Shown one piece after another: positions 1 through 9,313 of a stretch of DNA of 64,000 bases. The stretch lies in contig CAMYVO010000001.1 of the NCBI GenBank assembly GCA_947302485.1, positions 64,273 to 128,272 on the forward strand. Direction: 5' to 3'. This DNA is from an uncultured Clostridium sp. Lineage in GTDB: Bacteria; Bacillota; Clostridia; TANB77; CAG-508. The translations under genes and the position numbers were made by a program. The notes beneath the pieces were generated by a model that saw only the letters and a program-made list of their open reading frames with translations, made no database searches and was not told the DNA's origin. Position 1 is the stretch's first letter. Every line of letters starts with the position of its first letter.

Positions 1-530
1 AAAAGACTTATATATAGTAATTCAAAAACAATTAGTACACTTAATGGTAAAATAACACAATTAATAACGCCTAGTTTTCTGAATCTAATTCCAAAATATG
101 CAAATATTGCAATTGTTGTAATTACAATTGGCATTATATATGGCTTTATTATATCTCTTATTCTTATACTTGGCATATCATTTACTAAAACATGCTCATC
201 AATATCATCTATGTTATATTCTTTGCTTACATTTTCTTTTATTGTATTTATTTGCTCATCACTAATTTGTTTAATGGTAATAGAAATGGCATCATTAAAA
301 TATTCAATATCTTGTACTTTTCTACTTTCACTTCCAAATACATCATTTAACATTTGATTTATCTGTTCGTTATTATACTCAGTTCCAAAGTATATTTTTA
401 TATTTTTAGCTTCTGAATAATCCAGCCCCATATTTAGTCCTATAGTTGATATCACAACTATTCCTGCCACTATAATTAAAATAGAAATTATTAAAATAAA
501 TCTTTTTATGTTTGATTTTTCTGTTTTCAT
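1..530 (-). CDS. secF: SecF-like protein translocase subunit (N-terminal part; gene runs off the left edge of the window)
   Basis: Minus-strand ORF starting at ATG 528-530 with SD ggaggtaatatATG. N-terminus MKTEKSNIKRFILIISIL then GLNMGLDYSE, resembling the SecF GLNxGIDF region. Sits 10 nt downstream of the SecD-like gene. Confidence 0.55.
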   Translation of the reverse strand, partial: MKTEKSNIKRFILIISILIIVAGIVVISTIGLNMGLDYSEAKNIKIYFGTEYNNEQINQMLNDVFGSESRKVQDIEYFNDAISITIKQISDEQINTIKENVSKEYNIDDIDEHVLVNDMPSIRIRDIIKPYIMPIVITTIAIFAYFGIRFRKLGVINCVILPLSVLIVFELLYISL

Positions 531-540
531 ATATTACCTC

Positions 541-1896
541 CTACTTTTTTGCATTTGATAAAAGTAATGTTCTTCCAAATAAAAAGCTTGAAACTCCAGT
601 ACTAATTATACCCCAGAACAATATCATTCCTATGCTATTTATAGAAGTAATTGTACCATATACAAATACTACTGCAATAATTAATAATACAATTAATAAA
701 TCTATACTAGACTTGTACACTTCTTTAAAAGCATTTTTAATGTTTTCTTCATCTGTAGAATTTCCTATTTTATTTAATATTCTAGTATATAAATAGTGAT
801 TTAAAATAATTAAACTAAATAATGCAACTACAGATTCTATTACAATAATTGTATTAGTATAACGTATTAATAATAGTAATATCGCAATAGACGCAATATA
901 TGAACATGCAGATAACATTCCATTTTTCTTATATTTTATAATTAAATATATAATATCAAGTACCGCAATACCAATTAAAATATAAATTACTATCATTATA
1001 TTTTTCATAGATATATCAGACTTTATAAACTCTTCATTATCAGCAGTATATTTAAGTGGTAATTTACCATTATCTAATACTGTTGCAATTTTAGATCCCT
1101 GCTGTATATATTCTTGCAATTCTGATGTATCTGTTGTTGCGCTTCCAAGTGTAAGCTGTATCATTCCACTATCTAGCGGTTCTGTAAAACTTGTGTTAAT
1201 AACTTCTTCGTCCTCTATAAGTAATGAAACCTTTTTTTCTACTTCATTACCTTCTTCATCTGTTGTTTTAACATACTTATTACTAATATCTAAAAGCTTT
1301 TTCTTACCTTCTTTGTTAAAATTAATTGTTAAGTACACATTTGCTCCAGATGAACTACTATTTGATGTACCATATCCAACTTTAGCAGATTGTATATCTC
1401 CATTATCTAATAATATATCGTCTGTTTCAGAATCCTTCATTTGAAATTTTCCAACATAAGATATAACCTCTTTAACTGAATCTAAATTTGAATCATCTGC
1501 AAGGGAAATATATATGTCACCTGTTTGATTATTTAATCTTATTTCATAATCACTCAATTTTAGAGCATCTAATCTATCTTGTATGATTTGTTTAGATTTA
1601 ATATAGTTTTCCTCAATAAGGGACGTTTCTTTTGCTTCATGGCTCTCTTGCTTTTCTTCTATATCTGATTCCTCACTAGAATCAAAGCTCTCCTCTTGGC
1701 TATTACTTTCATCATTTTCTATACTCGAAGGAGTATATTTGATTTGAATAATTCCTTCAAGGTTTGCACCAAGTTTGTACTCACGTATTGTTTTATTGCC
1801 ATTTTTATCGTAAATTCCAACAAATGAAATAATTGACAATAATACAATAACTAATACTATTAGCATAATTTTTAAAGTTTTACTACTTTTTTTCAT
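541..1896 (-). CDS. secD: SecD-like protein translocase subunit
   Basis: 451 aa. N-terminal TM segment, large extracytoplasmic domain, and C-terminal multi-TM region with the SecD/F-like pattern GMILFWGIISTGVSSFLFGRT. SD aggaggaaaaaATG. The secD-secF gene order is conserved. Confidence 0.6.
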   Translation of the reverse strand: MKKSSKTLKIMLIVLVIVLLSIISFVGIYDKNGNKTIREYKLGANLEGIIQIKYTPSSIENDESNSQEESFDSSEESDIEEKQESHEAKETSLIEENYIKSKQIIQDRLDALKLSDYEIRLNNQTGDIYISLADDSNLDSVKEVISYVGKFQMKDSETDDILLDNGDIQSAKVGYGTSNSSSSGANVYLTINFNKEGKKKLLDISNKYVKTTDEEGNEVEKKVSLLIEDEEVINTSFTEPLDSGMIQLTLGSATTDTSELQEYIQQGSKIATVLDNGKLPLKYTADNEEFIKSDISMKNIMIVIYILIGIAVLDIIYLIIKYKKNGMLSACSYIASIAILLLLIRYTNTIIVIESVVALFSLIILNHYLYTRILNKIGNSTDEENIKNAFKEVYKSSIDLLIVLLIIAVVFVYGTITSINSIGMILFWGIISTGVSSFLFGRTLLLSNAKK

Positions 1897-1920
1897 TTTT
1901 TCCTCCTATGTTTTTAATTT

Positions 1921-2581
1921 TTATAATAATCTTGTGTCATTTATTATTAGTTCAAACCAAATCTTAAGATATTTTGCAGCATATTTGCTCATCATTGTCC
2001 TTTCCATAAATATTTCAAAATAGTCTAAAACTGGGCAAATATCAGTGTCTATATATAAATTTAATGTAACTTTTCTATTATCTTTATCTATTTTTAAATC
2101 AGATTTTGTTACTGCATAATTTACTCTGTCATGTATATTAAATGTAGATAAATTTGTATTAGCTACACGATCTCTATGAGCATCAGATTTATCAGCTAAT
2201 ATTAAAGCTGCAGATATATCACTTACAGCTGTTCCTGTATTCTCATCATGATTTCCTATTGCTGTCATAATATCAGTTCTTTGTCTTATATCCATTCCCA
2301 TATCTTTTAAAATATTATACGCAAGTATTGCACCAGAATGAGCATGATCTGTACGATTTACACAATTACCAATGTCATGTAAATATCCTGCAATTCTAGC
2401 AAGTTCTACTCTATCCTTTGTATAGTCTAATGCTTCTAAAATATCTCCTGCACGCTTTGAAACAATATTAATATGTCTAGTAGAATGCTCTGTATAGCCT
2501 AGCGCATCCAGATGCGTTCCGAGTACATTCAATTAGAGCTTTGACCTCTTCATTATCTTTTACATCTTCCAAAGTTACCAT
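1921..2581 (-). CDS. HD-domain phosphohydrolase, 5' end apparently frameshifted
   Basis: HD motif ...YLHDIGN... in the 203-aa ORF 1921..2532. The true start, with a strong SD (ggaggaaagaaaATG at 2579-2581), encodes MVTLEDVKDNEEVKALIE in a different frame, which then hits a stop. A +1 shift near 2530-2540 joins it to the HD ORF. Confidence 0.7.
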
Positions 2582-2658
2582 TTTCTTTCCTCCGCATTCT
2601 TTGTAAATTTTATATTATATTGATAAAAAATTCAAGTACTTTTATAATGTATTAGAAA

Positions 2659-2690
2659 CAAAAAAGTGAAACATTGTTTCACTTTTTTGT
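2659..2690 (-). terminator. rho-independent terminator after greA
   Basis: Hairpin aaaaagtgaaac/gtttcacttttt, with a T-run following on the minus-strand transcript. Confidence 0.7.
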
Positions 2691-2694
2691 TTAT

Positions 2695-3171
2695 TTATTT
2701 TGTTATAGATAATATTTTATATTTTGCAACTCCTGCTGGAATATTAGCTTCAACAACTTGATTTTTCTTTGCTCCCAATAATGCTGCTCCAATTGGTGAT
2801 TCGTTTGATATTCTATTTAATGATAAATCAACTTCTGTTGAGCCAACTATTGTATATTCATACTCATCTCCAAATTCCATATCTTTTATTTTAACTGTAT
2901 TTCCTACTTGAACTGTCTTCGTATCAATTTCAGATTCATCAATGATTTTTGCATATCTCAATTTATTTTCAAGTTCAGCTATTTTTATTTCATTACTAGC
3001 TTGAGCATCTTTTGCTTCATCATATTCAGAATTTTCTGATAAATCTCCAAATCCAAGCGCAACTTTAATACGTTCAGCTATCTCTGCTCTTTTTTCTGTT
3101 TTTAAAAATTCTAGTTCTTTCTCTAAATTATCATATCCTTCTTGTGTTAATATCACTTCTTTTTCTTCCAT
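2695..3171 (-). CDS. greA: transcription elongation factor GreA
   Basis: 158 aa with a GreA N-terminal coiled coil and C-terminal FKBP-like domain (…GDLSENSEYDEAK…). Confidence 0.9.
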   Translation of the reverse strand: MEEKEVILTQEGYDNLEKELEFLKTEKRAEIAERIKVALGFGDLSENSEYDEAKDAQASNEIKIAELENKLRYAKIIDESEIDTKTVQVGNTVKIKDMEFGDEYEYTIVGSTEVDLSLNRISNESPIGAALLGAKKNQVVEANIPAGVAKYKILSITK

Positions 3172-3248
3172 TTTAGTCCTCCTCGCATTTGTTTTTATAC
3201 ATTGATATTATATTAAGACAATATTATATTTTTGTCAAGTAAAATAAA

Positions 3249-4232
3249 TTAAGTTTTTGAAATAATATGTTTAAATTCTAGTTCATTTATTTTTCCTTTG
3301 TTTCCTATTAAATATAACATTTTTACTTTATTATTTATAGTTTGTTTAATTATATTTTCTGCTTTATCTTTCTTATACAAATATGATTCATATATAATAT
3401 TAGGAGTAAAATCATTATATATTCCTATTTCCTTAAATTCATCTTTTATTCTATCATCAAAATCGATATAACAATCTAATATATTTATTCCATTAAACAT
3501 CAAAGATTGTACTTTTGTTTTTTTATATACATTAAGTATAACAGCATTTTTATTAACTTTATATTTATTAAACAATTTGTTATCAAAATCAACATTAATT
3601 ATATAACTTGATTTACTTAGTGATTTTTTCATGTTATTAGAAAGTTCTATTGCAATTCCTTCTTTATCATATAATTCTTTTTCAATTTTTTTAAATATAT
3701 TTAATTTATTTGTTACAATTTTTACTCTTTTAGCGTTCAAAGCAATTCGCTTTAATATATAATATGAAATCTCTGAAATATTATTTATTAACATGTCTAT
3801 ATTTTGCTCTTTTATACTAGTTTCTGTTAAATTAAATATGTATTTCAATATATCTAAAATTAAATATGAAAATATCCAATATCCTTCTACCCAAATAATA
3901 TTATTTGATTTATATTTTTCTAATTCTTCTTTTATTCTATCTTTGTATTTTATATTTGATGCAAATGCAAATAAATATACTTCCTTTTTAAATTTCTTAT
4001 GTATTTTTTTTATAATCGAATTCATCTTTATATTTGAAATTTGTTCTTTTTTATTTCCATCATAAAAAGGGAGCACACAGACTATTTTATCTTCATACTG
4101 CTTATATAATATGATATTAAATGTGTATATAAAAAATAAAATAACTTTCTTTATTATTATAGGTGTTCTTTCATATCTAATATTAAAAATTATATTTATT
4201 TTATCTATTGTTTCAAAATACACTTTTTTCAA
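3249..4232 (-). CDS. hypothetical protein (K/N/I-rich, apparent TTG start)
   Basis: 327-aa ORF is long for this AT-rich DNA. The first in-frame start is TTG at 4230-4232, preceded by ggtggtataatt. No recognisable motif. Confidence 0.5.
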   Translation of the reverse strand: MKKVYFETIDKINIIFNIRYERTPIIIKKVILFFIYTFNIILYKQYEDKIVCVLPFYDGNKKEQISNIKMNSIIKKIHKKFKKEVYLFAFASNIKYKDRIKEELEKYKSNNIIWVEGYWIFSYLILDILKYIFNLTETSIKEQNIDMLINNISEISYYILKRIALNAKRVKIVTNKLNIFKKIEKELYDKEGIAIELSNNMKKSLSKSSYIINVDFDNKLFNKYKVNKNAVILNVYKKTKVQSLMFNGINILDCYIDFDDRIKDEFKEIGIYNDFTPNIIYESYLYKKDKAENIIKQTINNKVKMLYLIGNKGKINELEFKHIISKT

Positions 4233-4320
4233 AATTATACCACCAAAAAAAAAAATACTAAGTACATGTTTTATATACTTAGTATTTATATATATTCTTT
4301 TTTAAATATATTTATAACTT

Positions 4321-6081
4321 TTATTCCTTAATATCTAATTTAATATGAACATCTCTTAACTGTTCTTTTGTAACATTACCTGGTGCTTTCATTAATAAAT
4401 CTTGCGCCTTACTATTCATTGGGAAAGCTATTACTTCTCTAATACTTGGTGCGTCTGTAAGTAGCATTATCATTCGATCAACACCTGGTGCAATTCCAGC
4501 ATGTGGTGGAGCTCCATAATGGAATGCGTTAAATAATGCTGGAAATTTTTCTTCTATAACACTCTTTTCATATCCAGCAATATCAAAAGCTTTTATCATA
4601 ATTTCTGGATCATGATTTCTAACAGCTCCTGATGATAATTCTATACCATTACAAACAATATCATATTGATATGCTAATATATCTAAAGGATCTTTTGTGT
4701 TTAATACTTCTAAACCTCCTTGTGGCATAGAAAATGGATTATGACTAAATTCAATTTTTCCTTCATCTGTTAATTCATACATAGGAAAATCAACTATCCA
4801 ACAAAATCTAAATACATCTTTTTCTAATATATCTAATCTTTTTCCTAGCTCTTCCCTGATTTGACCTGCTAAAGTCTCAACAACGCCAGGTCTTTCTGCA
4901 ATAAAGAATATAGCAGAACCAGGTTTAGAATCTGTATCATTTAACATTTTTTCTCTTGCTTCATCAGTTATAAATTTAGCAATCGGTCCTTGAAATGTTC
5001 TATCTTCGTTTACTCTAAGCCATGCCAAACCTTTCGCTCCACATTCATTTATTGCAAATTCTGTCATACCATCAAAAAAGCTTCTTGGCTGATTTTCAAC
5101 ATCTGGAACAGAAATAACTCTTACTGTTTTCCTTTTAAATGCGTTAAAATCAAGATTTTGGAATATTTCAGTAACATCTTGAATTATAAGTGGATTTCTT
5201 AAATCAGGTTTATCTGTACCATATTTGAACATTGCTTCTTTATATGGGATTCTAGGGAAAGGATATTCTCCTACTTTTTTTTCAGAAAACTTTTTAAAGG
5301 TATTATACATTACTTCTTCCATAATATTAAAGACATCTTCTTGTGTTGCAAATGCCATTTCCATATCTAATTGATAAAATTCACCTGGAGCACGATCTGC
5401 TCTTGCATCTTCATCTCTAAAACATGGAGCTATTTGAAAGTATTTATCTATACCAGATACCATTAATAGCTGTTTAAATTGCTGTGGTGCTTGTGGAAGA
5501 GCATAAAACTTTCCTGGATGAACTCTACTAGGTACTAAATAATCTCTTGCTCCCTCTGGAGAAGAACTTGTAAGTATTGGTGTTTGTACTTCTAAGAATC
5601 CTCTTTCTATCATTTGGCTTCTAAGATATTGTAATATATTTGCTCTTAATACAATATTGTTTTTTATTTTTTCATTTCTCAAATCTAAAAATCTATATTG
5701 TAATCTTAAATCTTCTCTTACCTCTTTATCAGAATTAATTTCAAAAGGTAAATTTCTTAATCTTTTACCTAATATTTTAATATCACTTGCGAAAACCTCT
5801 ATTTCACCTGTTGGTATATTATTATTAATTGTTTCTTCACTTCTTAATCTTACAATTCCAGAAACACAAATTGTTGATTCATTTGGTATTCTAGATGCAA
5901 AATCCACTTCTTTTTCATCTCCTGAAACAACTACCTGTGTTATTCCATATTGATCTCTTACATCAATAAACACAACTCCCCCAAGGTCTCTTACTGTTTG
6001 AACCCAACCTGATATTTTAACTTCTTTTCCTACTTCTTCTTTTCTAAGTTCTCCACAATTATGTGAACGATATTCGTTCAT
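4321..6081 (-). CDS. aspS: aspartate--tRNA ligase
   Basis: Class II aaRS AspRS signatures: OB-fold N-terminus, …FRDEDxRADR…, and C-terminal GxGxDR. Start taken at MNEYRSH with SD ggggaataaaaATG. Confidence 0.95.
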   Translation of the reverse strand: MNEYRSHNCGELRKEEVGKEVKISGWVQTVRDLGGVVFIDVRDQYGITQVVVSGDEKEVDFASRIPNESTICVSGIVRLRSEETINNNIPTGEIEVFASDIKILGKRLRNLPFEINSDKEVREDLRLQYRFLDLRNEKIKNNIVLRANILQYLRSQMIERGFLEVQTPILTSSSPEGARDYLVPSRVHPGKFYALPQAPQQFKQLLMVSGIDKYFQIAPCFRDEDARADRAPGEFYQLDMEMAFATQEDVFNIMEEVMYNTFKKFSEKKVGEYPFPRIPYKEAMFKYGTDKPDLRNPLIIQDVTEIFQNLDFNAFKRKTVRVISVPDVENQPRSFFDGMTEFAINECGAKGLAWLRVNEDRTFQGPIAKFITDEAREKMLNDTDSKPGSAIFFIAERPGVVETLAGQIREELGKRLDILEKDVFRFCWIVDFPMYELTDEGKIEFSHNPFSMPQGGLEVLNTKDPLDILAYQYDIVCNGIELSSGAVRNHDPEIMIKAFDIAGYEKSVIEEKFPALFNAFHYGAPPHAGIAPGVDRMIMLLTDAPSIREVIAFPMNSKAQDLLMKAPGNVTKEQLRDVHIKLDIKE

Positions 6082-6114
6082 TTTTATTCCCCCTTTTATA
6101 TTTATATTAAACAA

Positions 6115-6420
6115 TTGCTTCGATATTCGGACAAGCTGTGCTCGCCCCTACAGCTTTTCATAATTCAATTTGCACTATATATTTCTAATTTCAATCAAAA
6201 AAGCCTTTCATCCCTGTGAAAATACAGGGACGAAAGACTAATACTCCCGCGGTGCCACCCTATTTGAAAAGAAACTATCTTTTCCACTTTATTTTGGTAT
6301 GCTCTAGATGTGTTTCGATAATTATATTTGTTGTAAATGCTCTCAGCTAAATCATTTACTCTCTTTAACAAATTCTATTAATTATCTTTCATCTTCATTG
6401 CATTTTAATCTATTACAATT
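6115..6420 (-). promoter_or_regulatory. T-box riboswitch leader of aspS
   Basis: Minus-strand T-box sequence aaatagggtggcaccgcggg (plus-strand 6246-6265), followed by a terminator hairpin (plus-strand 6197-6236) with G.U pairs that form only in the minus transcript, then a U-run. Confidence 0.85.
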
Positions 6421-6469
6421 ATCATTATTTTACATAGTTTTTTCTAAAATGTCAATATTTATACTAATT

Positions 6470-7567
6470 TTAATTGAAATTATACCATTTCCCTTGTAAT
6501 TTAAGTGTATTTATAACTTGCTCATGTTCTTTAAATGTTTTAGAAAAATAAACATTTCTATCTTTATCTGAAGAGAAATATAAGTATTCCGTTTTATTTG
6601 GATATATAACAGCTTGAAGAGATGCATCACTAATAGATGATATTGGCCCAACTGGTAGTTTTCCCTCCATATTAATAGCACGTGTATTATATGGGTTTAT
6701 TGCATTAAGCTCAGATTGATATAAATCTCTAGTTCCTACTTCAACTTTACTAGCATAATATGTTGTTGAATCTATTCCAAGCGACATATTTGCATTTAAT
6801 CTATTGTATAGTACACTTGCAATATTTTTTCTATCTACTTCTCTTGCACCTTCCATTTCTACAATAGAAGCCATTGTTAATAATTCGTGAGTTGTATACC
6901 CTGTATTTTGTATATCTTTTCTATATTTACTAAATACTTTATCAGTTTGATCTAATAAAATTTCAAATATTTTTTCAACAGAAACATCTTTATCTTCAAA
7001 AGTATAAGTATCCGGAAATAAATATCCCTCTAATGGATAATAAATATCTTTGTTTTTTATATCATCTGTTAAAAACCAGTATTTATTTATTAATTTATTA
7101 ATATACTCTTCATTTTCTAGCAAATTATATACATCTTGTGCTGAATTACTAGTTTCTTGCTCAATTTTATTTGCATACCATCTTATTGTTTTTCCTTCCA
7201 AAAATGTTATATTTATTTGTTCATATACGTTTCCATTAACTATATTATCAATAATTTGTTTTACATTCATAGAACTATTTAAATCATATTTTCCTGCCTG
7301 ATAATTATTAATCTTGTTAAACTTAACATATAGTTTGAATGCAAATTTACTCTTAATTAAATTGTTCTCTTTTAATAAATCTACAATAGAATCTATTGTT
7401 TGCCCTTTTTGTATTTGAATTATTTTAGATTCTTCTCCAGATCCAACCGCGGAAATTGACGTATTATACCAAATTATACATGAAATAATTATAATAATTA
7501 TTAATATTATAAAACTAACTATTCCAATTACTACTTTATTTTTTTGTTTTTCCATGCCGTGCTTCAT
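6470..7567 (-). CDS. mltG: endolytic murein transglycosylase MltG (YceG family)
   Basis: 365 aa with an N-terminal TM anchor and YceG-like domain (…YYPLEGYLFPDTY…, …GLPxxPI…). Confidence 0.85.
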   Translation of the reverse strand: MKHGMEKQKNKVVIGIVSFIILIIIIIISCIIWYNTSISAVGSGEESKIIQIQKGQTIDSIVDLLKENNLIKSKFAFKLYVKFNKINNYQAGKYDLNSSMNVKQIIDNIVNGNVYEQINITFLEGKTIRWYANKIEQETSNSAQDVYNLLENEEYINKLINKYWFLTDDIKNKDIYYPLEGYLFPDTYTFEDKDVSVEKIFEILLDQTDKVFSKYRKDIQNTGYTTHELLTMASIVEMEGAREVDRKNIASVLYNRLNANMSLGIDSTTYYASKVEVGTRDLYQSELNAINPYNTRAINMEGKLPVGPISSISDASLQAVIYPNKTEYLYFSSDKDRNVYFSKTFKEHEQVINTLKLQGKWYNFN

Positions 7568-7677
7568 TTTTTTCTCCTTTGTTTTTTTATTTTCTTTACT
7601 ATACCATAAATTTTATTTTTAGTGAATAGTAAATTGATATTTTTTAAAACTTATAAAAACATAATAATTCTAAAAAA

Positions 7678-7707
7678 CTCCAGCGATCTTACAAAAGAAC
7701 GCTGGAG
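7678..7707 (-). terminator. GC-rich rho-independent terminator of the radical SAM gene
   Basis: Stem ctccagcg/cgctggag with a 14-nt loop, followed by six T on the minus transcript. Its GC content is foreign to the flanking DNA. Confidence 0.7.
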
Positions 7708-7722
7708 AAGGACTGTGGAGAA

Positions 7723-8562
7723 TCATATGTTCCTAAGCCTCTCAAGAAGAGGTTCAAATAGTGTTTTTTGAGCTTCAATATCATGCTTAAGAATAATCCT
7801 AGACTTATCCGAATGAGTGAATCTGCTGTGCAGAACTCCATCCGGATCAACACTATATTTCAGGTGTCCCGGATTAAGCTGCATATTTCCAAGGCGTACT
7901 ATTACGCCATTGTCAAGACAATATGCAGCCTTGTTACCATCACAGAAGATGTCTTTTTGTGGCATATAAAGCATCCTGTCATGCAAATATGGCACAAACT
8001 GGTGCTCATACGCAAATGGATTTACGGGGTTTAAGGTTCTTACCTTGCATCCCATGCCTAGCAAAAGTGCTTTATAAACTACTCTCATTAAACTGTCCTC
8101 TGTTGGATAGCTAGTAGTAGTAGCCATAAGATAGAGTTTAATCCTTGACTGCCACTCTGCCTGAGGCATAAACATAAATTCCAAACCAGGTTCGTACGAG
8201 AACCTGATTTCATCAACAATGCCATCTAGTTTTCTTAAGACATCCATTCGGATTCCATTGGTGAACATGTTCACCCGAAATCCTTCTCGCTTAGCAAGCT
8301 CTGCAAACCTTAAAAGGCCCTCGTGCACAGTAGGCTCACCACCATGCAAATAAAGTGTTTGGAAGTCCAACTCTTTAGCAATTTTCATTGCCTGAACATA
8401 CTGTTCTTCAGACATGAACTTTCCTGAATGCACCATAGGCTCTATGCAATAAGGACATGCCTTATTACACGCATATGTAACAAGAAAATATATTTGCCTT
8501 AAATCCTCCACTTCCAATGGATGCGGTACGATACCGCACTTTAGCCGATGTCTTTCCATCAT
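7723..8562 (-). CDS. radical SAM protein (MoaA/SPASM-twitch-like) in a GC-rich, apparently acquired patch
   Basis: CNKACPYC (CxxxCxxC), …YLHGGEPTVHEG… and …FTNG… parallel the MoaA/SPASM layout. C-terminal Cys residues (GCKV, CDGNKAAYC). Local GC about 43% versus about 25% in the flanks. Confidence 0.75.
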   Translation of the reverse strand: MMERHRLKCGIVPHPLEVEDLRQIYFLVTYACNKACPYCIEPMVHSGKFMSEEQYVQAMKIAKELDFQTLYLHGGEPTVHEGLLRFAELAKREGFRVNMFTNGIRMDVLRKLDGIVDEIRFSYEPGLEFMFMPQAEWQSRIKLYLMATTTSYPTEDSLMRVVYKALLLGMGCKVRTLNPVNPFAYEHQFVPYLHDRMLYMPQKDIFCDGNKAAYCLDNGVIVRLGNMQLNPGHLKYSVDPDGVLHSRFTHSDKSRIILKHDIEAQKTLFEPLLERLRNI

Positions 8563-8586
8563 AATGTTTTTGTCCTTTCAATAAAT

Positions 8587-8619
8587 AAAATTACATAAAG
8601 TATTACTTTATGTAATTTT
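8587..8619. repeat. perfect 16-bp-arm AT-rich palindrome between the DUF402 and radical SAM genes
   Basis: aaaattacataaagta t tactttatgtaatttt. Confidence 0.6.
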
Positions 8620-8673
8620 ATTATACCAATATTCACTAAATATTTCAAGTTATTACCATAAACATCAGTAAAA

Positions 8674-9246
8674 TTATATTTGTTCAAAAAAATATAAATA
8701 TTTATTTGTAAACTTCCATAATTCTTCTTTTTTGTAATTTAATAATTTAATTAAATTTTTTGCCTCTCTATATGCCATTTCGTACTCTTCTTTAGTTATT
8801 ATAGAATTATTTAATGCATATTTAAGTTCATCTTCATCTAATAATATTATTTCTCCATTAGACTTAACAACTACATCTAAATACAGATCATCTTCATACG
8901 GCACTTCATTTTCTTTTCCAATTTCTTTTGCAATATCAAAATACCATTCTATTATTTCATTATTATTATTATAAAATGCAGAAAGTTTAACTTTAGAAGT
9001 ATAATCATAAAACTCAAGTAATTTATAATTATTATCAATTATAATCTTATCATCTGATATTATTATTTTTATATCCGCATCTTTAAAGTTATAATAGCAG
9101 ACATCCCCTTTAAAATTTTCATCACTAATATATTTTACAATGTATATTAAATTACTGTCAGGTTTTTTTATTTTATGCCTGTTTGCATATCTCCTTCTTA
9201 ATGTTTTGATATTATCTGCTAATTCAATCGATTCTAATTTATCCAT
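8674..9246 (-). CDS. DUF402 (FomD-like) family protein
   Basis: 190 aa with …YLDVVVKSNGEIILLDEDEL…, typical of DUF402 nucleoside di/triphosphatase-like proteins. Confidence 0.55.
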   Translation of the reverse strand: MDKLESIELADNIKTLRRRYANRHKIKKPDSNLIYIVKYISDENFKGDVCYYNFKDADIKIIISDDKIIIDNNYKLLEFYDYTSKVKLSAFYNNNNEIIEWYFDIAKEIGKENEVPYEDDLYLDVVVKSNGEIILLDEDELKYALNNSIITKEEYEMAYREAKNLIKLLNYKKEELWKFTNKYLYFFEQI

Positions 9247-9313
9247 ACCTTTATCCTCTTTAATTATAAAAGAAGAGGTTTATATAGTATAATAAACCTC
9301 CTTATTCAAATAA

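Noticed and set aside
7768-8114. Two plus-strand ORFs (88 and 63 aa) inside the radical SAM gene
   Set aside because: Antisense frames kept open by the locally high GC. No translation signals.
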